Origin: a virus
Strand: one strand, 5' to 3'
IMG/VR virus record: IMGVR_UViG_3300024520_000050
Coordinates: 1-64,000 of that record
DNA: 64,000 nt
Under the pieces are notes generated by a model, which saw nothing but the letters and a program-made list of their open reading frames with translations, did not search any database and was not told where the DNA came from. Made by a program: the position numbers and the translations under genes. Below, piece after piece: positions 36,223 through 43,818 of this stretch (position 1 is the first letter of the stretch; the number at the start of each line of letters is the position of its first letter).

Positions 36223-36513
36223 ATGTTATTATTAGAACTAACTACTTTGACATCCTCAGCACGATCTCGTAAACTCGGAATCAACATAGATGAAGATGAC
36301 CTTATTGAAGTAAGAACATCCATTAATATAGATGCTATTACTCATTTAAGTGAGCATCCTGAGAATGACAGACTAACTAACATTTATTTAACTAGTGGAG
36401 GATATGTAACTAGCCCTGCATCATTTGATGACATACGTAACTTACTTGATCCAGAGCAATCTGACCTACCTGACCTTCCATTTAACACAGATCATGTCCA
36501 ATATAAACTATAG
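36223..36513 (+). CDS. hypothetical protein
   Basis: First rightward ORF; A-rich leader. Confidence 0.7.
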   Translation: MLLLELTTLTSSARSRKLGINIDEDDLIEVRTSINIDAITHLSEHPENDRLTNIYLTSGGYVTSPASFDDIRNLLDPEQSDLPDLPFNTDHVQYKL

Positions 36514-37018
36514 TAAGAATAACGAAAATATTAACACTTCATGTAAGATCGTACGTTACGGTAAATACCAGGAAACCTACAATGGTCCTGGAGATATAAC
36601 AACAAAGGTAATCAAATCAATATCAATTGAAGCATTTTTTAGATTATATCTAGAATTAAATAATGTAATTGGATATCGTAGAATGGGTTCGGAAATAGTC
36701 GACATGCGACTAGCTAAGACGCCAATCGACTTGTTAATTCATTTAATGATGAAAGATAGAGACTACACGATTGTATTTAGAAATAAAGATGCAACACTAG
36801 TTAAATTAGGAAAAGAATTAGGTAAGAGTGCCTCGTCAATTTATGCTACATTAAGTAAATTACGTCATGCAGGATATGTCATCAAGGATGAAGATAATCT
36901 ATTAGTATTAAATCAAGAATTAACTGATTTAATAACAGATGCGCGTAAATATACTGATACGGACGAACCACTCAAATTTGATTTTCTATTTAAATTCTGT
37001 GTACTAGATCCACAATAA
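36494..37018 (+). CDS. winged-helix DNA-binding protein
   Basis: LVKLGKELGKSASSIYATLSKLRHAGYVIK HTH-wing; likely start Met at 36494. Confidence 0.7.
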   Translation: MSNINYSKNNENINTSCKIVRYGKYQETYNGPGDITTKVIKSISIEAFFRLYLELNNVIGYRRMGSEIVDMRLAKTPIDLLIHLMMKDRDYTIVFRNKDATLVKLGKELGKSASSIYATLSKLRHAGYVIKDEDNLLVLNQELTDLITDARKYTDTDEPLKFDFLFKFCVLDPQ

Positions 37019-37021
37019 TAT

Positions 37022-37333
37022 ATGTCACGTAGATTAAAGCAAGATGATTCATTAGTACCACGTGTAATGAAAGAAATAGCAAAGGAATTAAATATAAGTG
37101 AAGACCTAACCAGACATGCAATACAGCACTTCTTTCAATGGCAACGAGATGCATTTAATAATTTAAAATATACTAAATTCTTATGGAATTACTTTGGTAC
37201 ATTTTCTATATTACCTAAAAGGTATGAAAAATGGATTCAATCAGACAAATATAAAAAACAACAACTGGACTTAAGGAAGAAATTAAAAGCTTTAAAAGAG
37301 TCTGAACAACAATTAACTAACAAAGATAAATAA
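37022..37333 (+). CDS. HU/IHF-like DNA-binding protein
   Basis: MKEIAKELNISEDL..FF..FGTFSI pattern; IHF-like genes precede the head module in crAss-like phages. Confidence 0.65.
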   Translation: MSRRLKQDDSLVPRVMKEIAKELNISEDLTRHAIQHFFQWQRDAFNNLKYTKFLWNYFGTFSILPKRYEKWIQSDKYKKQQLDLRKKLKALKESEQQLTNKDK

Positions 37334-37340
37334 TAAAACA

Positions 37341-38141
37341 ATGAGTAAAAAGAGTAGACCAACCAAGACACGAATTAAAAAAGCAAGTTCATACGTTGAC
37401 AATAGAAAACGTCAAGAAAATGATGAAACGCGTGAGAAACAAATTAACGCTATTCTACAAGGTCAAGAGGCTATTGATAAATGGAATACTGAATTAGTAG
37501 GTACAACCGGTTGGAAGAAAGATGTAAACCTAGTAGAACATTTCAAAAATGTACAATTAGAAACAGGTTTAATCGTTCAAATGTACATGGAAAACCCAAT
37601 TAAGAATATCGCACGTAATACAGAAACTGGTAAAGTAGTACAGTTAGAATGGAGTTTACGTCAAATAGATGCACGTGTACGTAGTACAGATAAAAACAAA
37701 TGGGTTAATACACCATTCCCTGTCATTGATAAAGGTATGATTATGGCTATCTCACCGTCTACATTAATTTGGTATCATGAACAAAAAGAAAAACTAGCCA
37801 AGTACGATTCTGTTGCTGCAGAAGCTTTCATTGTACCTAAAGTAGGTGATATCGTATATACCAAGTTATTTAGGTTTAAAGATAACAGATATTACGTTAA
37901 CAAACAAGAAAAGTGTGAAGACTTTATTATGAATCAAGAAGAGATTCGTTTGAAGCATTTTCAGAACTTATTCTTAATTGAGAACTTTGATATTGAATCA
38001 ATTGTACGTCCTGGTAAACAAAATGATATGAGCGATAAACAAATCTTAATTGATGATAGATATGTTGATATCGATCCAGATCCAGAAGAAATTGTAGCCA
38101 ACCCAGATGTAGATAACAGTGATCACCTAATCGAAAACTAA
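37341..38141 (+). CDS. hypothetical protein with possible GroES-like domain
   Basis: KGMIMAISP...PKVGDIVY resembles GroES G-V-AVG...KVGD-V. Confidence 0.4.
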   Translation: MSKKSRPTKTRIKKASSYVDNRKRQENDETREKQINAILQGQEAIDKWNTELVGTTGWKKDVNLVEHFKNVQLETGLIVQMYMENPIKNIARNTETGKVVQLEWSLRQIDARVRSTDKNKWVNTPFPVIDKGMIMAISPSTLIWYHEQKEKLAKYDSVAAEAFIVPKVGDIVYTKLFRFKDNRYYVNKQEKCEDFIMNQEEIRLKHFQNLFLIENFDIESIVRPGKQNDMSDKQILIDDRYVDIDPDPEEIVANPDVDNSDHLIEN

Positions 38142-38229
38142 TTGAACGAAGAAACAATAAAAGGAATAATAGCATGGATATTACTATTAGGATTAATAGT
38201 GATATTCATTGCTCTTTAAAACTTAACAT

Positions 38230-38601
38230 ATGAATATAGATAAAAAATACATAATAGTAATTGCATCAGCAGCATCATTGATTATTTTAATGAACATTAT
38301 AATGCTAGTTATAGCTTTCAGACCTAATGAAGCAATAGAATATAATAAACAAGGTTTCCAAATGATTCAGTCTAGATTAGATAAAATTGACAGTACCTTC
38401 ATTGCTGAGCAAACACGTATAGACATTAAACTAGACTCATTAAATATGGATCAGTCATCACTATTTGCGGACATAGATAAATATAACGACAACCTAACAA
38501 ATTCTGTAAATAAGATAAAACGTTACAAGAATGAAATTATCAAACATAATTATCGTGATAGTTCTTCTACTGCAATCATTAACGGCCTTAACGCAAGATA
38601 G
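38230..38601 (+). CDS. spanin-like protein (N-terminal TM plus coiled coil)
   Basis: TM anchor then periplasmic coiled coil; overlaps next gene. Confidence 0.55.
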   Translation: MNIDKKYIIVIASAASLIILMNIIMLVIAFRPNEAIEYNKQGFQMIQSRLDKIDSTFIAEQTRIDIKLDSLNMDQSSLFADIDKYNDNLTNSVNKIKRYKNEIIKHNYRDSSSTAIINGLNAR

Positions 38602-39022
38602 TACTAGTTCAATAGTACAAGCATGGCAAGGACCTGACGGAAGTATATGTATGACCATGGGTAGAGCAGCTAAACTATTAAATGCAGAAGATAGTCTACA
38701 GATACTGTATATCCAGAATACAATGCTAGAGAATGTTATACTAGACGCTAATTTAGTTATATCCTTATCAGAAGAAGCAATGGATAACTTAATGATACAG
38801 AAAATGGTACTTCAATCTAAAATCAAGGTATTAGAGGATAGACTCAACTTAAAGAGTGATAAGATCATGTTATACCTAGAAGAGATAGATGAATGCTCAA
38901 TTAAGCTAACTAAAGCAAACAAGAAGTTAAAACGACAGAAGACCGCCACAACCATTACATCAGTAATAGGTAGTTCTGCTATCGTGGCAGTTATAGTAAC
39001 AGTACTAATAATTGTATTATAA
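38531..39022 (+). CDS. spanin-like protein (signal, coiled coil, C-terminal TM)
   Basis: Signal-like N-terminus, coiled coil, hydrophobic C-terminus. Confidence 0.55.
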   Translation: MKLSNIIIVIVLLLQSLTALTQDSTSSIVQAWQGPDGSICMTMGRAAKLLNAEDSLQILYIQNTMLENVILDANLVISLSEEAMDNLMIQKMVLQSKIKVLEDRLNLKSDKIMLYLEEIDECSIKLTKANKKLKRQKTATTITSVIGSSAIVAVIVTVLIIVL

Positions 39023-39166
39023 TTAAACATATAGTAAGATACTAACGTATTTTGCAGGAAAGGAGGGGCGGACCAGTCCGACGAGGTACACCCTTATACT
39101 GCATCATATATAGTACCAATACGATTTAACCAATAAAGATTTAAACACGTTAAAACCATATAATAA

Positions 39167-39865
39167 ATGAAGATTAACGGCTATGATATAACAGCTAAGA
39201 ATGTGTGGGCATACATACAAGGAACTGGGCGCAAAGCACTCAGTGAAAGATATTCAGATATATTTCAATCACCACAACATATCCAAGAGCAGATAGTCTG
39301 GCGCGAAGTGATAGCAAATAAGGAATGTTACACATCAGGAAAGTGTATACATTGTAAATGTAAAATGCCAGACAAGTTATATTCAGATAAAGGATGTGAT
39401 GATGGGTGTTACCCGGAAATAATGAATAGAGATGCATGGAATAACTTCAAACAGTTGTGTGCGCGTAATAAGAGTGATATGTATAATCGTAAGTTCGACT
39501 GGGAAACAGCTCTGGCGGACATGACTAGCTTAGGCCCTGTATCATTTCTATCTCTTATTAGTTCTGATAAAGCAAGCGTGCACCTCGGCGTGGGCCGAGA
39601 AGGTGATATACTCAATCATACATTCGAATTATTCAATCCACATCAAAAGAAACTAACTATAAATCATATACAACCTAGTTGTCATTGTACAACTGCAGTA
39701 CCAAAGTCATATGATATAGAACCTAATGAACATGGTGATATAGATATATTTGTTAATACAAAAGATCTAGAGATAAGAGATCATGAAGTGTGGTTAACAA
39801 TTAGATATAATGATATAGAACGAATTAGCTTACAAATAATTTATACTCTTAAAGAAAAATTATAA
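39167..39865 (+). CDS. Cys-rich N-terminus plus DUF1573-like Ig domain
   Basis: CIHCKC..GCDDGCYP; LTINHIQPSCHCTTA typical of DUF1573. Confidence 0.7.
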   Translation: MKINGYDITAKNVWAYIQGTGRKALSERYSDIFQSPQHIQEQIVWREVIANKECYTSGKCIHCKCKMPDKLYSDKGCDDGCYPEIMNRDAWNNFKQLCARNKSDMYNRKFDWETALADMTSLGPVSFLSLISSDKASVHLGVGREGDILNHTFELFNPHQKKLTINHIQPSCHCTTAVPKSYDIEPNEHGDIDIFVNTKDLEIRDHEVWLTIRYNDIERISLQIIYTLKEKL

Positions 39866-39887
39866 CTAACAACTAACAACTAACTAA

Positions 39888-40631
39888 ATGAAAAAGAAAT
39901 TTTACATGGATACTGAGTTCCATGAATATCAAAAAGATACTACATTACTAAAGGATGCAATTAATTCATCAAGTGTACATCAAACATTAATTGATACAAT
40001 TGAATTAATATCAATTGGTATTATAGATGAAGACGGAAATGAATACTATGCAATATCTAATGAATTTGATATAGATGATGCATGGAATAATGAATGGTTA
40101 AGAGATAATGTACTTAAGAATTTATTTGATAGTAAGATATCAGGTAATAAAACAAGTAGAGAATCAATGACTATTAAGAACTTTAAATCTTATATACTTT
40201 GTTGTGGTAAATCTAAATATCAAATAAGAGAAGAAATTAAATCATTTTGTGTAAATGGAGATTATACTGATGTGAAAAAGAGAATGGATGAAGGTTTAGA
40301 AACTATAGAACCTATTCCAGTTAATGATTACGAATTCTATGCCTACTATGGTGATTACGATTGGGTTGTATTCTGTTGGTTATTCGGAAGAATGATTGAC
40401 TTACCTAAAGGATTCCCAATGTATTGTAAAGATCTCAAGCAATTATTAGATGGTAAAGCAGAACTATTAAAAAAGAAAATATCTAATAGATTCTCTAAAG
40501 GTTTAGATTTTGATGAAGTATTATTTATTAAATCATTACATAATTATCCAACACAAGATAATCTCCATAATGCATTAGATGATGCTAAATGGAATAAAAA
40601 ATTACATGAATTTTTAAATGAATTGCAATGA
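39888..40631 (+). CDS. DEDDh 3'-5' exo(ribo)nuclease (Rv2179c/RNase AS-like)
   Basis: MDTEF, LISIGI, YYGDYDWV, HNALDDAKWN. Confidence 0.85.
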   Translation: MKKKFYMDTEFHEYQKDTTLLKDAINSSSVHQTLIDTIELISIGIIDEDGNEYYAISNEFDIDDAWNNEWLRDNVLKNLFDSKISGNKTSRESMTIKNFKSYILCCGKSKYQIREEIKSFCVNGDYTDVKKRMDEGLETIEPIPVNDYEFYAYYGDYDWVVFCWLFGRMIDLPKGFPMYCKDLKQLLDGKAELLKKKISNRFSKGLDFDEVLFIKSLHNYPTQDNLHNALDDAKWNKKLHEFLNELQ

Positions 40632-40789
40632 TGAAATGGATCAAACAATTATTCTGTAAACACAATTATGAGAAAACATATAGTATTCATGGAGATATGA
40701 TTATTATGACAGGATATAAAAGAAGTGTATGGAGATGCACTAAATGTAAAAAACATAAATTTAGTAACTATTTAAATAAATTAAAATGA
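40628..40789 (+). CDS. 53-aa zinc-ribbon-like protein (not in ORF track)
   Basis: LFCKHNY...WRCTKCKK; start and stop overlap neighbours. Confidence 0.65.
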   Translation: MMKWIKQLFCKHNYEKTYSIHGDMIIMTGYKRSVWRCTKCKKHKFSNYLNKLK

Positions 40790-41133
40790 AACAAGTAAAA
40801 GAAAATGCAGTAGTAGCAAATAACTCACATTCATATTCAGTTAATACATATACAGTTGGCCCTAATGGATTAGAAATAACTGGTGCTCAACCTATTAATT
40901 TAGTACGTGGATCTAAAGTAGATGGTGAAAATATACTTTCTAAACAAGATGGATTCTTAACTGAACAATTACTATGGATTGCACAAAATTATCTATCAGA
41001 AGTAAATGTAGGTGATATGAAGACTAGAGAAACATCAATTGCTATTACTAAGATACAAGAGGCATTAATGTGGATTAATAAGCGTCATGATGATAGAGTA
41101 GAACGTAAGGTGTTAAATACTTATAATAAATAA
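40786..41133 (+). CDS. tad1: Tad1-like anti-Thoeris/anti-CBASS sponge protein
   Basis: C-terminal QDG..EQLL.I..YL....G...RETSIAITKIQEALMWINKRHDDRVERKVLNT matches the Tad1 signature as recalled (QHG..SDLLEIV.DRL..FQAG...[32 protein letters not shown]). Confidence 0.8.
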   Translation: MKQVKENAVVANNSHSYSVNTYTVGPNGLEITGAQPINLVRGSKVDGENILSKQDGFLTEQLLWIAQNYLSEVNVGDMKTRETSIAITKIQEALMWINKRHDDRVERKVLNTYNK

Positions 41134-41579
41134 TGATAAATAAGAAACATAAGCAAAGCATTCGTAAGTTATTAAGTGGTACTAATCTTGATCACTGGAG
41201 TTTAGCATTACAGATATTAACTGGTCAACTTAGTCGAGATAACGCTGAATCAATGATACTACAGTATATTATTAATATACATAATTATAAGATTGAGAGT
41301 AAAATGACAAGTAGTATTAGAACTTGGATTAAAGAGAAAATAATTAATGAGAAATTAATTAATTATTTCAATAGAACCTTTAAATACATAACTGGATTAC
41401 GTGAGCAATTAACAAATGGTCATACTGTACAACATAACGGAGTTCTTACATTATGTCAACTTGAAGACTGGTTTGACTCTATTATTACATCACGCAAACA
41501 AAAAAGTATTACATTGTCATGTGGAAAAGAAATAGCAGAACTATTTGATGAACTAATAAAAGAAGAAATAAATGTATAA
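41133..41579 (+). CDS. chimeric protein: paralog-family-like N-terminus plus major-capsid-derived C-terminal segment
   Basis: Residues 87-118 are 20/32 identical to MCP residues 313-344. Confidence 0.75.
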   Translation: MINKKHKQSIRKLLSGTNLDHWSLALQILTGQLSRDNAESMILQYIINIHNYKIESKMTSSIRTWIKEKIINEKLINYFNRTFKYITGLREQLTNGHTVQHNGVLTLCQLEDWFDSIITSRKQKSITLSCGKEIAELFDELIKEEINV

Positions 41580-41620
41580 TTGTCCACCTGGCGAACCATT
41601 AACATGGAAAACACAAAGAT

Positions 41621-42538
41621 ATGAAGAAAGGAGAGACTGGATCGAACGTAAAGGATCTACAATATAAATTAAAGAAAGTATTAAATCGTAATATATCAAT
41701 TGATGGTGATTATGGTAATACAACAAAACAAGCAGTTTGGGATTTTCAAGGATTATATAATCTATATGTAGATGGTGTAGCAGGAGAGAAAACAATGGCT
41801 GTATTAAATAGAGCATATAATGCCTTACATAAAGAAAATAGTAACTTACTTAATCTTGGAAAGAAACGATTTGTTATCTTTGTTGATGCTGGTCATGGCG
41901 GTATTAATGATAATGGCAACTATACAACATCCGGAAAACGTGCATACCATAATGGACGTGAACTACATGAACGTGGACACTACTATGAAGGTTATGAGAA
42001 TAGAATAGTTGCAGAAGCATTTATAGAAGCTTGCATGAATAAAGGAATCATGTGTATTCGCACATATCATCCATCCAAAGATACATCTCTTTCGTATCGT
42101 ACTGATTTAATTAGATCATATCTACGTAGAGGATATTATGGATATATGCATTCATTTCATTCTAATGCTATTGCATCATCTAACTCACAAAGTAAAATGG
42201 AAGCAACCAAAGGTTATATGGTATTTAATACTAGAGGAGATACATTTTCAGATGATATAGCTACTATACATTATAATAATGTTAAGGATGAAATAGGAGA
42301 AGGTAACTGGAATTTTAGAGTACAAAAACAAGATGATGGAGATATCGATTTTGAAGTCAATTTCCAAATGTTAAGGGAAACAGATTTAAATGAATTCGAA
42401 AACTTTGGTGCAATACTAGATGAATGGGGATTTCATACATCTGGTGAAGACTGTCAATTTATATTAGACAGTAGAGAACAACGAATAAACGCATGTCTTA
42501 AGACAGCACAATGGGTAAAACAAAAATTAAATAACTAA
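41621..42538 (+). CDS. endolysin: PG_binding_1 plus N-acetylmuramoyl-L-alanine amidase (Amidase_3)
   Basis: DGDYGNTT..DGVAGEKT; VDAGHGG, EGYENR, SFHSNA, E-x-GF motifs. Confidence 0.9.
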   Translation: MKKGETGSNVKDLQYKLKKVLNRNISIDGDYGNTTKQAVWDFQGLYNLYVDGVAGEKTMAVLNRAYNALHKENSNLLNLGKKRFVIFVDAGHGGINDNGNYTTSGKRAYHNGRELHERGHYYEGYENRIVAEAFIEACMNKGIMCIRTYHPSKDTSLSYRTDLIRSYLRRGYYGYMHSFHSNAIASSNSQSKMEATKGYMVFNTRGDTFSDDIATIHYNNVKDEIGEGNWNFRVQKQDDGDIDFEVNFQMLRETDLNEFENFGAILDEWGFHTSGEDCQFILDSREQRINACLKTAQWVKQKLNN

Positions 42539-43116
42539 TGCCGAATTTTATTGCACAAACAGAAGCTCAGATTACTAGTGATCTGGCTACATATGGATAT
42601 GTTCATACGGAAACAACTAATGGGATAACTCCATTAGTTATGTATTTTACTGATTCATTAGGATCAATATTAAAACTTAGTGTAGATACAAGTATTCCAT
42701 TATCTACAGCAATGGTTTATACTAACAATGTAACCAATTGTCATCGAGAGCAAGTTGCTGTACTTGCCAGTTCAGTAGTTACAGATCTAGCATCATTAGA
42801 TGCTTTATTAATTGCCGTATATCCTGTTGTGGACCCTATGGTAATTAAAGTAGAAGAACTAGCAAGTGTCGAAGAAAGAGAAGTATTAGTACCCACAGGA
42901 ACCACATATTATACAGTAACTGAATTTACAGATGATGATTTAATTGTTTATAATGTAGGTGGTGTACAATCTCCATATCGAGATCGTACTTTATCTTGGG
43001 TACCAGTTACTCTCGTAGGACCAAGTTGGTTCTTAAATAATGATCTTACAGTACAAGTAAATACAGCAGATGTATTTAATATTGCTCTTGGTAACTATAT
43101 AGTAGTAAAACCATAA
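42538..43116 (+). CDS. hypothetical protein, probably virion-associated
   Basis: T/V-rich ORF in late operon. Confidence 0.7.
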   Translation: MPNFIAQTEAQITSDLATYGYVHTETTNGITPLVMYFTDSLGSILKLSVDTSIPLSTAMVYTNNVTNCHREQVAVLASSVVTDLASLDALLIAVYPVVDPMVIKVEELASVEEREVLVPTGTTYYTVTEFTDDDLIVYNVGGVQSPYRDRTLSWVPVTLVGPSWFLNNDLTVQVNTADVFNIALGNYIVVKP

Positions 43117-43140
43117 TAACTAATAACTAACTAAAATAAT

Positions 43141-43809
43141 ATGAACTTATCAAATCGTTTATTTCAGATAATAGATGAAGAACCCGTATATTGTGTAATA
43201 CTTATAAATATTAAGTGTTACAAAGAATTGTATATGTTGGATAAAAGTGATGATAAACATAAATATGCACAACACTTAGTATATATATGGTATACTTGCG
43301 ATCCATCATCACCTTACTTTAATTCAGAAGAAAGAGAACTAGATGCAGCCATGGAAGTTTATGGACGTAAAAAAGTAATGACAAAGCAATTAAAGAAATG
43401 TATGACGGAATATAATAAACGTCAGTCAACCCCAATGATCCGTGCGTATAAACGTGCAATGAAAATAGCAGATCAACAGGAATCACTACTTAAAAAGAAT
43501 GCTAGTCAAGTACAAGAATTCGAAAGACTTATTGATGATGCAACAACATTAATGCGTACACTAGGATGTAATCCAGATGATATATTAACTCGTATTGAGT
43601 TAATGGAACGTTTAGAAGATCTACAAACTAAGAAGATTAAACGTGAATCTGATATGGCAGCATTAATACCAAAAATAAATAAACAGGTTAAAGATCTGTT
43701 AGAACTTAAAAAAGAAGTGGATAAAGATAGAATGCAAATAGATAGTGACGATAATAAAGATGCTATATCTAATTTTATTGTTGATGCATTCATAGAGAAA
43801 TATATGTAA
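43141..43809 (+). CDS. conserved protein upstream of terL (possible small terminase)
   Basis: Position directly before terL; coiled-coil C-terminus. Confidence 0.5.
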   Translation: MNLSNRLFQIIDEEPVYCVILINIKCYKELYMLDKSDDKHKYAQHLVYIWYTCDPSSPYFNSEERELDAAMEVYGRKKVMTKQLKKCMTEYNKRQSTPMIRAYKRAMKIADQQESLLKKNASQVQEFERLIDDATTLMRTLGCNPDDILTRIELMERLEDLQTKKIKRESDMAALIPKINKQVKDLLELKKEVDKDRMQIDSDDNKDAISNFIVDAFIEKYM

Positions 43810-43818
43810 TAACTAACT

